Source of the DNA: a virus
DNA length: 64,000 bases
IMG/VR virus record: IMGVR_UViG_3300027708_000032
Coordinates: 64,066-128,065 of that record
Direction: 5' to 3' (one strand)
Translations under genes and position numbers: made by a program
Notes under the pieces: model-generated
What the model was told of the DNA's origin: nothing
The model's input: the letters and a program-made list of their open reading frames with translations, nothing else
The model's database searches: none
Part shown: positions 12,101-22,400 of the stretch, one piece after another
Layout: each line of letters starts with the position of its first letter
Numbering within the stretch: the first letter of the stretch is position 1

Positions 12101-15100
12101 ATCAATAATAGGAGTTGCAGTTTCTCCTTTTGGATGATCTACTGTAAGCTCTTTATTTTCTATTACATACTCAACTCCAATAACTTTAGTATCTATAGAA
12201 ACAGGAGCTGTTTGTGTAGCAGTAGGAGTTTTATATTTTTCAGATATAGCAGCTTGTAATATCGGTACACTATATAAACCACCAGGAACACTTCTAACAT
12301 TTTTTGAAGGATCAACTGATGTAAGATTAAACTCTCCATTTCCAAAGTCACTAACTTTAGCTTGGATTATACTACCGTCCTCAGCAAATGCTGATACAAT
12401 ATCTCCATTCTTTAAGTTCTTAAGAGCCTCTAGTTCAGATTCTTTTGTAAGAGCAGTAGCTACAGGTTGTGCAGCTGTAGTTTGTTGAGCTGCTGCTTGT
12501 GGAGCTGCAGCACCTTCTGTACTTATAAGTGTATATCTTTTTTTAAGTGCAGCAATTTCTTCATCAACTAGTTGTTTAATATCTGGTTTACTTATTTCAC
12601 TATATCTTTCAATGTATCCTTTTAGAGGACCTGCATAAAAATCATTTAGAAACTCTTCATCTTGAACAACTATTTTATTATATAGGTCATCATCATACTT
12701 TGCACCATTTGTACGTTCTACTTTAGTGACTACAAACTTCTCACCGTTCCACTCAGCAAACACATTAAGCATACCTTGTTTGTCACCAGGTACACGACTA
12801 AACACAACAGTCTTTCCTTTTACTAATGGAACCTTTACTGGACTATCAAACACTTGGTTTGTTGTAGATGTTGTTTGAGTGGTAGTTACAGGAGCAGCCA
12901 CAACAGCAGCAGGAGTAACACCCATTAACTTATCTAATGCTTCTTTAGCAGATTGTTCAGTGTTATAATGAATAGTGTTTCCTTTCCAGCTAAATGAATA
13001 ACTTGGAAGTCCTGACTCAGGATCTATATCTTTTGCTATAGCAGGTCTTGTTGCAGCGAGAGTATTTGTTTGTGTAGTAGCAGGAGCTGGTTTCTGTCCA
13101 GCAGCTTCTTCTTTGGGACCTTGGAATTTTAAATATACATTCTTAAGCTGTGGATCATTTATGTTTTCTACAGCACTGTATGGTACTATGTTAGTGTATA
13201 CAACAGGAGTGTGACCTTTTACTTTATCTGTAAGAAGATATTCTAAGTAGTTATTAAACTTCTTATCTTCTACAATTTTACCATCTACCACTTTAGCTGT
13301 AGAGAACTTATCATTCTTACGCTTACCACTAAGCATAGTGTTATTTACATTGTGGTACAGTCCGTTTAATATTTCATCTTTAGCTGCAGTGATAGCATCT
13401 AAGTTTAACTGACCATCCACTTCAAACATATATTCTTTACCACGTATAAAGAACAATCCTCCACTTATATAAAACTGATTCTTGCTTGCTGTCTCACCAG
13501 CGTCAAGCTGACTAAAGTGTACAAGCCCAGCTATATAAGACATAGCTAAGTCATACTGGTTTGCTTCTTGATTAGTAAGCTGAGTGGTAAGTCTTACAAG
13601 TTGTTCAGATGTAATTTTTCCATCTGAAAATAGTTCATTAAGTTTTTCTTTACGCTCGTCTGACAAAGGATTTCTTCTTCCGTACATGGGAAGCATGGCT
13701 AACAAAACATTAAACAAGTTTTCTTTTTCTTGTTCTTCCATTTGTCTGTTATACACTTGAAATTCTGTATCAGACTTAGAACCGTTTTCTGCTTGTTTAG
13801 TTTTAATTATAACAAGTCTACCTGGTTTAATTCTTCTATTACCACTATTCTTATTTGTTACTACTTCTAACACTATCTTAGATCCATCAGGATGACGTAG
13901 ATCAGAAAAGTTAGGATTGTTTTCTATTAGTCTTCCTTGTAATGAAAGCTCCTGTGGTTTGTTAGTAGCTACATCTAATGGTTCTCTTTTTTGTTTACCC
14001 TTAGACTTCTCCGTTACTTTAAGATGTACAGCTTCTTTGTTCTTAGTCTTGTTAAGAATATCTGCTCTGAATCCTCTGAACCTTTTAACTTCATTAAGTA
14101 TTTCATCATCAGACATTCCTTTAGTAGTAAATGGTGATGATGCATCTTTAAGATAGTTAAGAACTTGTTCATCACTGCCTTCCATAATAGTTACATTATT
14201 AGGCATAGATGTATATACAATAGTATCCTTAGTAGGGTTGTCTAGTATCTTACCATCTACACCTACATACTGAAACTTATCACCAACCTTTTTTACAAGA
14301 ACAAGTTTAATATCATCCTTAACAGCTACAGTTTTTCCAAACTCATCATAAGACTCTATAGTAATACCAAACTCATCGTTAGCTTTAGATACAGGCATGA
14401 AATAATATGTACCATCTAGTGCAACTGTTTCAGAAAATCTAAAGAACCTAGCAGCCTGAGGATTAGTAGGTGTAGGATCACTATCATTCCAGTAGTGTCT
14501 GTCTGCAGTTTTAAATAATCCACCTTCATTTAATAAAGGTTTATCTACATCACTAATAAATATCTTATCGTTCTCATCATCTGTTACCACTTCTTCATCA
14601 CTCATGATATCACCAAACTCTGAAAACTCTTGAGCTGCTTGTTTGGTAATAGCAGTAACTCCCTTATTTGTTTGTGTAACAAGATTAATAGCAGCAGCTT
14701 TTTGAAACCCTTCTGTAATAGCTGCTTGTAAATCTTTTAAGAATTGTAAACGAGAGTTTAAATCTTTAAGTTCTATTATCTGTTCTTTAGCTAATGTCAG
14801 TCTATCAAGTTTGTCTTGAAGTTCTGCCATACGATTTAAGATATCAGACATGTCTTCTTTAGCAAACTTATATTCTGTAAGAGCAGCTAAAGCTTGCATT
14901 ACTTCTTTAGACATCACTTGATTAATGATAGCTTCCCCAGGTTCTATGAGAGACTTAAGATTTTTCTTTATACCTCCTATGAGTGTATTTATCAGATCTA
15001 TCTTTTCATAGTCAGGATTATCTTTCTGTTCTTCTTGATTTCTTAGAGCAACAAGGTTTTTAGATAGTCTACCTAAAGACTTATCACTCATATTGTCTGT

Positions 15101-18100
15101 TCTAAAAATGGTGTTAATAAGATCATCATACTTTACAAAACGAGAAAGAAGTTTCTCCATCATCTTGATAGAGTCATAAACTATATTTAGTTTTTGTGTA
15201 AGAGCTTCTTGTTCTATTTCTACACCAAGAATAACATCATCTAATTTTTCTTCAGGTACTCTTGTACGTAATTGATTACCTTCTGCTTCATTTACAGCTT
15301 CTTGTTGTTCACCGTATATAGTTCCACTCTCATCTCTTAAGAATGGTTCTTTATTAGTTTCTAATTCAGCAAGACCTTCTGTATATACTTTCTTAGCTTC
15401 TTTTAAAGCTTCAAGTTCTTTTGTTACATCTGCTTTCTCTTGTTCAAGTTTAGCAGCTAGTTCTTTAGCAGCTTCTATCTTTCCAGGAAACTGAGCTATG
15501 ATTTGGTTGTATTCTGTTCTTGCAGCATTAGCAAGCTTAGAACGTTTGGTTCTAAGGTCTGCAATATTTTCTTCAGCTATCTGAAGGATAACTTGCATGT
15601 CTTCTACACTCTGTCTAAGATCAGCTATTTGCTTATCTATTTCTTCAGATCTCTTCTGACGTAAACCAACTTTGTTTTCTTGCTCCTGGATTAAAAACTT
15701 AAGAGCATCCAACTGCTGTTGATAAACTAAAGCCACTCTTTGTTTACGAGCTAGCTCTTGAGCTTCAGCAACTGTAGGAAGAACATTTAATTCTAATGCA
15801 GCTTTACCACTAGCATCTTTCTGAGCATACTTTTTATAATATGCCATGTTAAAATCTACACTGGTTTCTTTATTTGTAACAGGATTGGTGTATTTAAGTT
15901 TCAACACCCACTTGTCATTTTCTTTTACAAGATCTAGTCTAGCAGAAATAGTAATACTATTATTAGTATAATCTCTCTTAGCATGAACACCTGTTATGTT
16001 ATGAAGTGTACCTGTAGTTTTACTAACATTTATTCTTAATATCTTATCTCTGTTTTCAAAATATATTTTTTGATCAGGTGTTAGTTTAGTAAAGTTTGTA
16101 ATTTTACCAGCAAGTTCTGCAAACTCTTCCATCTGATATGTTACAGATTCTGGATCATTGTTTACAGTGATGGTCACTGTATTACCTTCAACATCTATTT
16201 TATTAATTTTAATAATATCCTGATCATACGTAGTGTATATCTTTTTATCCTTACCCACTCTTTTTGTAGGAGTGGACTCTGTAATAAACTTATTACCTTC
16301 TATTAGTTCTACATCACTTTCTACACCATTCTTATCTTTCACTTTAATAGTAACTCTTGTAGCATTTGGATTCTCAGCTTGTACTGTAGTAGCAACAGCT
16401 GCTGCTTCTCCTGTAAGACCTTTATCAGCTTCTGTTTTAGCTTTACGAGCTTCATCTATTGTATCAAACACTTCTATAAGAGATCCATCTGGATTATATA
16501 AAGCATGTACATCGTGTATACTAAGAATAAATGTTTTACCATCACCGATAGTTTTCTTAACATGTTCAGCACCAGCCATGCCAAGAAGTTCCATGTATGC
16601 TTTACTAGCTCCCATAGTCATTCTTTCATGAAGCTTCATAAAGTTCTCAGGATTGCTAAGCATGTTTATAGCTTCTACGTGAGAGTTATGCTTTTCATGT
16701 AGTTTTATATAATCTATAAAGTCTAAGAAATGATCTTCTGTATCTTGTTTATCTACAGATAACTCTCTACCGTTTTGTTTATTCTTAGATGCTAAGTATC
16801 CTGCAAAAGCTCTGTAAGATTTATCTACAACAGCTTCATTAAGAAGCTCACCTTTAGATGCTTTCCAGTCATTGATATGTTTAAGCTGTTCTTCTTTTAT
16901 AGCAAGACTATCTTCAAGTTTTTGTCTGTCTTCTTTAGTAAGACCTTCTAACTTTAATTGTTCTTTGTTAAGTTTAATCTCTGCCGTTAGTACACCAACC
17001 TCAGCAGTCATGTTCGTTTCTGATCCCATGATATGGAATGCATCTGCAAGAGAAGCTCCTAAGTTTTTGTTAGATGAAACTTTACGGAATATGTTTGTAA
17101 TACGATCAAGAGCATCTGTAGCTTTAAATTCATTACTAGCCAAATGTTCTATCATATCATCTAGAACTTTCTTTTTTATTAGCTCATTCATGAAAGCTTT
17201 GGTTCCAGGTTTAAATCTGTTAGGGTTAAATTTATTACCATAACGTTCCTGAAGTTTATTCCATGTCTTAGTATAAGAGTCTATAGCTCCTACCACTTTA
17301 TCTGTGTAGTCTTCTACAGTCTTTTTATTTTCACTTGTATACTCTGCACCAACAAAAGCTTTTTCAAACTCTTCTTTGGTCATATGTTTACCATAAGAAG
17401 TAAGAGTATCTTTTAATCCTTCATAAGTATTATTACGTATAGATGCAGCTATCATTTTATCAAGCATAGCTGTACGTATATTTTCATACACAAACTTATC
17501 TTGATTTTTAGCAGCAGCTTCTAAAGCAGTGGATCCTTCCTTTTGGAAGTTAAGATTTTTTACAGCTTCTTGGAATGCTGCAGATGGATCTTTAGCAAAT
17601 GCATTAAACTCTGCATAGTGTTTACCAGCTGCTCCTTTTTGTGTTTCTTTATTTTTAAAGTATTCTGTCTTTTGTTCTGCAGTCATGCCAGAAGTTTTCT
17701 GCATGTCTGTTATCTTTTCACTACCATACTTTAAAGCTCTACCACCTAATGCAGTGGGACCATGTAATATAAGTCCTGTAAGAGCACCAGACATAAATGT
17801 CTTAACGCCCTGCATGTTAAGCTGTGATGCTACTGCTCTTTTAAAACTATCTCCTTCTGGTTGATAGTCAGGGTTAATAGATACGTTGTATGCATTACGA
17901 TAGTAGTCTTGGAAGTATACATTAGAACCTTCTTGTAAAAGTTCTTGTATACCTTCAGTTATTTCCATCTTAGCCATACTTTTAAGAAGAGAAATACCAG
18001 CTACTTCAAATGCTTTTGCTTTTCCAAAATCAGCCGCTACTTTTTTAAATGCTCCTACACCACCTAATATTCCTGTTTCATAATAATGAGGAACAAGTTT

Positions 18101-19441
18101 ATCAGTACCATTTAACCTACCTACCACTTTAATCCTATTTTCTACAGCTTCATCTAAACCATATTTAGATAAAATCTGATTCATCACTTTACTGTTCTTA
18201 AAGATGTTATCAAACTGAATACGGTTTGATATACCAAGAATAGCAGTGTTGAAATTAAAGTTTCTATCAGCAGCCTCCATGGCCATCTTGTTCATATTTT
18301 CTATAGCATCTGCATCAGGTCTTTTACCATTAAGATCTACATAGTCTTGGTATAGTTTAGAATACAAATCTGAATATGTACCAGCAGCTTCCATACGAGC
18401 TTCTGTAAATGCAAAGTTAGCCTCACTAAGAGTTCTCTTTACGCCACCTACACCCACTTTAGTTAAATCCCATGCAAGCTCAGCTCCACCTATCCCTGCT
18501 ACTTTAGCAGCTCTATATGTCTCAGCTAAGTCTACACCTATATCAATAACAGGAAGTCTTTTACCTACACTTAGCATAAAGTCTTTAACCATGTTATCTT
18601 CTTTCCAAATATCACCAAGTTTTTTAAGAGCTTTAAAGTTTTTAGCAGCATCAAAAAACTCTTTAGTTTTTTCTCCAACTCTTCCTAAACGTGTAATATT
18701 TGCAGCTGTTTCTATATCTGATGCTGTTTCTAAAGCAGCTGCAGCAGGAGCACCAATACCAGTAGCAGTTAATCCAGCCTCTATAGCTTTAGTAATAAGT
18801 TGTTCAGATAACATACCACCCATAGCACCTACAGTAAAACCAGATTGCTGTAAAAAGTTTCCCCATGTTTGACGGTTCCAAAATGTATTCTCCCCTTCTT
18901 TTGTAGCATAGATGGGGTTTTCATTCATGATGTCATTCATAGACTTGTCTAGCTCTAACATAGACGTAGCATCACCATGAAGTTTATCCCAGTCCCATGT
19001 TACTAAAGCATCAAACATTCTACCAAAACCTTTCCAGTTATCTACAAAACCATTAGCTGCCAGTTTTCTCATTCCAGTAAAACCATTAGACATAACTTCT
19101 CCCCATGATTGGTTCAGTCCATATCTTTCTTCATTAGAACCATCTAGTTCAATACCAAGTTTTTGAAAGTCAGGAGAAGATCTATATCTTTCTACATTCA
19201 TAGCTTGAGCATCAAAACCTATAGGACGCATCTGCTGTTCTAAAGAAGGAGCCTGTGTATTTATTTTAGTAAGAAAGTCACCCAATGGGTTAGAGTCACC
19301 ACCTCCAAATCTGTTTAGATCATACTTATACGTAGGAGTTGTATAGTTAAGAGGTGTTATAGATGAAAGACTTTGTGGAATTTCTTTAACCGCAGGATTA
19401 CCAATTATATCTTGACTAACTTGGCTGTTATATTCAGGCAT
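3167..19441 (-). CDS. Giant virion-packaged two-barrel RNA polymerase (crAss-like vRNAP), 5424 aa
   Basis: GFRIPTQALNS...SEIVAKAGSDFDIDKL at ~7080-7240 matches the catalytic DFDID motif of crAss-like virion RNAPs. Also EADGGAYI (~8475-8495), a zincin-like GFHEAFEAVW...EMLAEEF segment, long coiled coils and N-terminal hydrophobic Gly/Ala stretches. Confidence 0.9.
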   Translation of the reverse strand: MPEYNSQVSQDIIGNPAVKEIPQSLSSITPLNYTTPTYKYDLNRFGGGDSNPLGDFLTKINTQAPSLEQQMRPIGFDAQAMNVERYRSSPDFQKLGIELDGSNEERYGLNQSWGEVMSNGFTGMRKLAANGFVDNWKGFGRMFDALVTWDWDKLHGDATSMLELDKSMNDIMNENPIYATKEGENTFWNRQTWGNFLQQSGFTVGAMGGMLSEQLITKAIEAGLTATGIGAPAAAALETASDIETAANITRLGRVGEKTKEFFDAAKNFKALKKLGDIWKEDNMVKDFMLSVGKRLPVIDIGVDLAETYRAAKVAGIGGAELAWDLTKVGVGGVKRTLSEANFAFTEARMEAAGTYSDLYSKLYQDYVDLNGKRPDADAIENMNKMAMEAADRNFNFNTAILGISNRIQFDNIFKNSKVMNQILSKYGLDEAVENRIKVVGRLNGTDKLVPHYYETGILGGVGAFKKVAADFGKAKAFEVAGISLLKSMAKMEITEGIQELLQEGSNVYFQDYYRNAYNVSINPDYQPEGDSFKRAVASQLNMQGVKTFMSGALTGLILHGPTALGGRALKYGSEKITDMQKTSGMTAEQKTEYFKNKETQKGAAGKHYAEFNAFAKDPSAAFQEAVKNLNFQKEGSTALEAAAKNQDKFVYENIRTAMLDKMIAASIRNNTYEGLKDTLTSYGKHMTKEEFEKAFVGAEYTSENKKTVEDYTDKVVGAIDSYTKTWNKLQERYGNKFNPNRFKPGTKAFMNELIKKKVLDDMIEHLASNEFKATDALDRITNIFRKVSSNKNLGASLADAFHIMGSETNMTAEVGVLTAEIKLNKEQLKLEGLTKEDRQKLEDSLAIKEEQLKHINDWKASKGELLNEAVVDKSYRAFAGYLASKNKQNGRELSVDKQDTEDHFLDFIDYIKLHEKHNSHVEAINMLSNPENFMKLHERMTMGASKAYMELLGMAGAEHVKKTIGDGKTFILSIHDVHALYNPDGSLIEVFDTIDEARKAKTEADKGLTGEAAAVATTVQAENPNATRVTIKVKDKNGVESDVELIEGNKFITESTPTKRVGKDKKIYTTYDQDIIKINKIDVEGNTVTITVNNDPESVTYQMEEFAELAGKITNFTKLTPDQKIYFENRDKILRINVSKTTGTLHNITGVHAKRDYTNNSITISARLDLVKENDKWVLKLKYTNPVTNKETSVDFNMAYYKKYAQKDASGKAALELNVLPTVAEAQELARKQRVALVYQQQLDALKFLIQEQENKVGLRQKRSEEIDKQIADLRQSVEDMQVILQIAEENIADLRTKRSKLANAARTEYNQIIAQFPGKIEAAKELAAKLEQEKADVTKELEALKEAKKVYTEGLAELETNKEPFLRDESGTIYGEQQEAVNEAEGNQLRTRVPEEKLDDVILGVEIEQEALTQKLNIVYDSIKMMEKLLSRFVKYDDLINTIFRTDNMSDKSLGRLSKNLVALRNQEEQKDNPDYEKIDLINTLIGGIKKNLKSLIEPGEAIINQVMSKEVMQALAALTEYKFAKEDMSDILNRMAELQDKLDRLTLAKEQIIELKDLNSRLQFLKDLQAAITEGFQKAAAINLVTQTNKGVTAITKQAAQEFSEFGDIMSDEEVVTDDENDKIFISDVDKPLLNEGGLFKTADRHYWNDSDPTPTNPQAARFFRFSETVALDGTYYFMPVSKANDEFGITIESYDEFGKTVAVKDDIKLVLVKKVGDKFQYVGVDGKILDNPTKDTIVYTSMPNNVTIMEGSDEQVLNYLKDASSPFTTKGMSDDEILNEVKRFRGFRADILNKTKNKEAVHLKVTEKSKGKQKREPLDVATNKPQELSLQGRLIENNPNFSDLRHPDGSKIVLEVVTNKNSGNRRIKPGRLVIIKTKQAENGSKSDTEFQVYNRQMEEQEKENLFNVLLAMLPMYGRRNPLSDERKEKLNELFSDGKITSEQLVRLTTQLTNQEANQYDLAMSYIAGLVHFSQLDAGETASKNQFYISGGLFFIRGKEYMFEVDGQLNLDAITAAKDEILNGLYHNVNNTMLSGKRKNDKFSTAKVVDGKIVEDKKFNNYLEYLLTDKVKGHTPVVYTNIVPYSAVENINDPQLKNVYLKFQGPKEEAAGQKPAPATTQTNTLAATRPAIAKDIDPESGLPSYSFSWKGNTIHYNTEQSAKEALDKLMGVTPAAVVAAPVTTTQTTSTTNQVFDSPVKVPLVKGKTVVFSRVPGDKQGMLNVFAEWNGEKFVVTKVERTNGAKYDDDLYNKIVVQDEEFLNDFYAGPLKGYIERYSEISKPDIKQLVDEEIAALKKRYTLISTEGAAAPQAAAQQTTAAQPVATALTKESELEALKNLKNGDIVSAFAEDGSIIQAKVSDFGNGEFNLTSVDPSKNVRSVPGGLYSVPILQAAISEKYKTPTATQTAPVSIDTKVIGVEYVIENKELTVDHPKGETATPIIDYKAASKESYEGTKVKVLSTTADTVEVEVTYPDGEKFSETFDRKDFENKVFKLAALEGKPTQTEPVVQASDPASITAAAQAALQLLNSRNKTTSSDNGHHRLYLEQLVKEKENIEEFKKTLARILPQIHLEIANDLIDGRAMGKFIKGVIQIYQNAGAGTGFHEAFEAVWNSYLTAKDQEKLIEEFRNRPGKFTNIFTGETKDHSKATAYDVKEMLAEEFIPYIRSDKGVVKENSPVRNTLFRKILNFFKSIWKYIQEAFGITTAQPENSAINEMFRKIAAGEFANAKEVENVQPQMPAFRSTLTGTNAEFTQKLMEGMAAQFFIDLYAGENNIKALFDGSKPLLFNQLYAGVANNVMDRFDENKDFISNHLSQLGFNQEAINNQLISIPDMLNQLLAVNSINTEVRDLFKKYISQFGLEFKDVKNKIDDEVKETMAAEEIERNDRLGIVEAMFIDPRDMTKAEVKLLIASLPSDEYSDNGITTNRRNELGLPILEDYARKLNLLHNELHSTVAVTKYNPKTKRLEEVSALDQMFEKLDNRFKKNGRYKVGYEWIARLKRRLAYEDLNGTKRDITSLNKDEVALLVAFESSFSNNRNSPHKLIVGENGVIYSDNTLDSTNARRIREDWQNNIKYNAKEFYGSSEEDFKKGPMIYINANAEIVFNTLSEQYAKIMSVTSPLQMVDSLRKLGFEFSATDEEVVLEAGASQISKDFSAIKAKFDDGTIRTFDDLFGKQIVNGRINNLIAVEQKFTGDETILSTRNAEGKQQYSITQPSAVSYIANSFKAVDNLTDFIASNPHLGQVDLKTGEVKLNPYVVGSHLLKKDGPLFDSTGKKLKDAKFEYRYILGISSESESVGTSTDRLEFPDKVVQEIYHILDGTYFTIINSDKSSEFGLNFGHFIKLGDVKLGSVAETPEIVDLYKEGLKDELRTALFESGNTKYKIKNYSDNVVKLGNFREIIKVDSNETVKKLFADYMAGKISEEQFADSDIVTTLIVNYANAKVEENIKWLQDLGLVKYDRVANIYKTNMFSKEQLDGLGEKFPYKDGAIPARDFKKLITFITTNRQMAVFEQHKLLFGHPALYGKELAKRSSGINSQKQAITENSQYLGWMDSNMSRFDGKERTNTFRFVTHEDPESVSVYLNNIAEGIYASMKATYESANKEITKKDKKLIEKLIGAEFNDDGTVSEIVGGKGTTIDGYINASEADGGAYIMPDFFRDMHFLSGKLLSEQDSLLQWENANEIVDRSNPKHPMYDVPGFAKTYTQDEIDNAKAVMANPKPKAILQVLKPQGFGYQNTKGLTHTSMLKHSVVPLVWSRVVDKRNMLGKYLQAQTDQVDIVGFVSGQKVGVVTKSKTKEEGTRTIQPLYDENGAFNQEAPPIQEMYTKYYGFQVEMAAYSKDSTIFGSQMRKINLSNISKDNTELRAFAEEYNRLIDSLTATEFRGVLKDLGLRQVGEEYITDDLNGMMDTLKSEMERRDLPDNVLDMLKVMTDANTGVQRVQYRFDASPVREKLDNILNSIVDSRILAQTMHGKAAVQVPATMFETSDRMFTYKENSKYVAPVKGSELTKAQRKTAKMVSADLNFYTKEKPYMEVLVPNFFKDVFKEGEEIKLSELDPRLLQAIGFRIPTQALNSIDSIRIAGFLDSQWGDMIVVPSEIVAKAGSDFDIDKLNLFLANYYIDKKSGKPTYIEYSTSDAEVEDRYTRFINESVDSDTKSYVKTLERYSGERTSLQEKYGSNKDDIFKKFNNARQQYDDQYENAKNEIFKIANETKSNDDTISRYKAEGLKLFKTLPLSIKQPFYDLKDEGILSVAENKAVAERLLQANSDAKYAPTLMQMIQYHEAMLDVYGQINAWTDEQLNSLADRANDALGKWENWKEDNLEKTRDEFLKSLKEQRLEYTKELARVGGLPSLEEFKELPIEEQNSKKARQNRLIELMGNILSHPDNYRQMVVPNAAATLKAIATKIRELKNLPPADLDMTAMSEWKNMTEVRERYITGKKLVGVIALQITSHSLSQYGDVELNGVYYKNGNPVAINIKFDSNTAEGKYMLNLIEDKGHKWISELLSEAMTAAVDAAKDPFIFDLNLTLNTANVWFYLQKLGVTVDDIAYLHTQPIIETYFKELSKNNSLINKVNGAELSKSTVRYLAMEQFLMKAFPELDKFIKNTFKGNDTFQSALTSQYAWKKRKIIEAIDNALRTLDPVDMYKTNELVNMIKPTNQDGTYNLTKEEAIKQLQLLQDYQKYEDQGRLLGNFIKAISYDTSRTKNINENRLQEAAYRQAEKDGFVTADSLERVMENTFLGKMKDIKDDVPKMFKDFFITAHPKSKAVMDKMFDVVLNDEFMSKDDKIDLLNRYQNFVLNYVLHTVKFKAPSGKYISVYSYYKNLFTGSNSIGRQLKEFQKLYPDNKALQNLFAVINSDTKDTDNIKLFNTRLTSFEMNSMGESLEQLKEIADKKQDKYLQSFVNNLSIFLMAQSGVQQSPISFSKIMPISLYSERVHDIIDSFMTDDSNSMDPDTVWRQFHQNNYKNAKFVDVVGLKDLDRSEEEYDENKLIHDPEFPNVESFRNKGEFVTVKQLSKEVSNDKELREEYAKKKMWDKINSYTLYERVGEPNEKGYYSYVPINKLGNGMYMIEVSPDEFAESILKKNDVLNTVQSKVFANKVKTEKGKSFADEMAEQNVSADPAKGSIKLNVIEDWVLKGTASATVRSNTYHKTFYKGDGVYRTEKGNTFSIKYLGLVQMKENNIVGDGISYTKDEFAKKEGYGTWENFKKDAKYAGKNLMRGEMVHMYDISAYKLETTAASNIKQATEAQKQDITNRMPEVINETAKKYLPKEQFKTRQATQYIGEGSVKSSTDNYKKLYDQYGLANTGVYNSSDLIYVSSNGSRGGRVNPVENGVLQFAYKNIDKAIAAGAKFIMDTAAHIENTKSYNIGEVALAKYLTSKGYIRQDETGIWVPGNTNVQPEGFPSIDNNNQNSC

Positions 19442-19474
19442 ATCTTATTTATTACTATGTAAATATAAATTATT

Positions 19475-22400
19475 TTATTGTATCTGTTGGTACTGTTTCC
19501 AAAGATCAGTATACGCATCTCTCAATGATGGTTTTGGTTTAGTAACATTACTAATTGTTGTAGAGTTTTTTCCAAAAACAGCTATAGCACTTTGCTTTAA
19601 ACCTTGTACAAAAACTTCTAAATCTGTTGTAGGTGGAAGTACCCTATATGTAGTATAGTCTTCAGAGATAGAAGGGTTTAAAGGATCTACCATTTTTGTT
19701 GTATACCCTCCAGGTGCTTTAGGATCTGGTGTAACAACTTCTACAGCAGACTTATAATATATTTTTCCTGTACCGTCTTTGTACATATCATATTTAATAC
19801 CAAGTTGTTCTTCAATAGGATCACTTTTTACATGTTGTTGTGGTCCCTGACTTAATAACATATCATAGTAACTAACGTTAGCAGCTGTAGGAAAACCTTT
19901 CACTGTTTCATTAGGTCTAAGCTGAAGTACTATTCCTTCTCCACTATTAGCATATGCTGTAAACTGAGACGCATATTTCTTTTGTTCATCTGCTGTAAAC
20001 AACTTTTGTATATCATCTAAAGAATATTTAAGTTTTACTTCTTTAGCTGCAGGATTATATTGACCAATCGTATAAAGAGTAACACCTGTTAAACCTGCAC
20101 CAGGTGATTGAGAAAGTCTAGCTACTAATTTGTTTGCAAAGTCTTTAGCCTCATCATTGTCTGAGAAATTTACAATAGGACTATCGTTAACCATTTCATA
20201 TTTTAATCCTGGTCCTAATATATCTGCAGCTACAATATCACCCATGTCCTGTTTTTCTTGTTTAGTATCAGAACCGTATGTAATAGCTTTACCCATGTTT
20301 CCTGTATTGAAAACATTTGTAAAGTTTGTTTCTATCATAGAACCAGCTTTCTTTAAAGCTGTATCCATTTTAGTTTTTATATCTTTAGACTCTCCGTATT
20401 TGTTTACTAATGCTGTAAAGTCATATGCATTATTAGCATCTTCGTAGAAATACTTTTTTTCTTGAGCAGGAGCATTACTAACAGCCATACTAGTAGTTCC
20501 CATAGTGTACGGTGAGTATGCTGAAATCCCACTACTTCCCGTAGGTGTATAGTAAGACTTAAGATCAAGCGTACCATTTAAATACTTAGCAGCAAGTTGT
20601 TGTGGTATGCCATATTCACTAGTAATATGTTGAGTGTTCAACATAGTAAATGTACCATCAGCATTTTTCACTCTAACTTCTTCATAACCAGGTTGAGCCA
20701 TCTCTGCATTCAGAGCTCTATCAAACTCTTTTTCTTTAGCATATAGATCATTTAATTTACTCTGATTACTTTTTAATGTTAAATAAACCTGAGCTTCACG
20801 CATAGCTTCTGCTCTAAGATCTGGATTAGTACGATTAGCATTAGCTAATTTAAGTTTATCTTCCATGTCTTTTTCTATCTCAGAAGATAGTGTAGACATT
20901 AATGTAATAGGTCCTGTAATCTGATTTTCGTTCTGAATTTTACCAGCATCTTTTAATCTTTTTACAACAGACATGAATGCAGTTTTATAAGCAGGGTCTT
21001 TAAAATTTTGACTAGCTAATGCTGATTTTATTATAGCAGCTTCCGTAGGTTGTATATAACTTCCTACAATGGCTGCACCTTCTGTTTGGAATAATTCAAA
21101 CTGACCTGTTATAGCTTGATTCTTTTGATCAAATATAAACTGTTTAGTAACCCCAACTTTATCTGTAGTTGTTGCTATAGATGCTTTAGCAACATCTACT
21201 GTAGGAACATTATAGTTTACATTAACAGCATCTTTTTCTTTTAGATCATTAATACTATTATTATTAATATCACTATAAGCTCCTCCTGTACCAGTACCAT
21301 CACTATCTGATCCATCTCCACTTTTTCCTTTAGCAGCAATCTCCATCTGTTTTACAATAATATCATTCTGATTTTTCTCATGAGCTAGTATAGCTTGTTG
21401 TTCTAACTCTTTACCTTTCCAATACCCTTGATCAAATTCTACTTTAGTAGACTGATTAGATGCTAGTATTCTTGCAGTGTTACTTATTTCTGTTCTTCTA
21501 TATAAGTTTGTAAAGAAGTTAGAAGGATCTCTAGATATACCCTTCTGAGCTTCTATGTATGTGTTAGAGTTAGGATTTTTCCAGTCTTCTATTTCTTTTA
21601 GATTGTCTTTCTGATTATCCTTTAACATCATTATATCAGACTGCAACTTTGCAATAGTTTCTATATTAGCTGGATCATTCTTAGCCCACAAATCATCTAG
21701 TTGTTTTTTTAACTTAGTGGCTCTTTCTCCTATGTTTACATTATACTTTTCAAGAGATGCTATCCAACTACCCTGATGATATTCTAATATATGTTTCTTA
21801 GCTTCTTCTTCAGACATCTTTATACCCTTAGCCTCATAATCTTTTTGAATATTCTGAATAGCTTCCATAGCGTGATACTGTCCTGTCAGCTGATCTTGAC
21901 CTTGGTATTTAGCACCTCTAAGCTGTTGTGCTAATTCTTCAAATGTCATCACTGTACCTGGACCGTTAACATAAGTTTCTATTCTACCATTACGTGTAAC
22001 AGTGTTTGTTATTTTATAATCATTATCCTTTATAAACTCCATAGCCTCTTTAGTAAGATTATAAAAAGGTGTCGACTTAATAATAGCTTGATCATAAACA
22101 CTCATGTCTCCTTTCTTAGCTCCTTTAACTTTCTGCATTGCATTCTGCATAAGAGCTATCGGTATAGTACTAAACTGATCTCTTATCTTTTCATCTTTAG
22201 AGTTCTGCATAGCATACTGTGATTGCATTTCTGCTGTCTGCTGTCTTGTCCAGTTATAATCACTAACAACATCTTTATCATCCCAGAAAGGAGAGAATAC
22301 GTTTATAGCACTATTAACATTTTGCTGAAGAGATAAGTCACTACCTGCTATTTTCTTAATCTGTTCCTGAGCATTTTTAACATAAGCATCCCTAGATTCT

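Noticed and set aside
3167-19441. Inteins or introns in the giant RNAP gene
   Set aside because: The frame is continuous, and I saw no intein splice-junction or LAGLIDADG motifs by eye.
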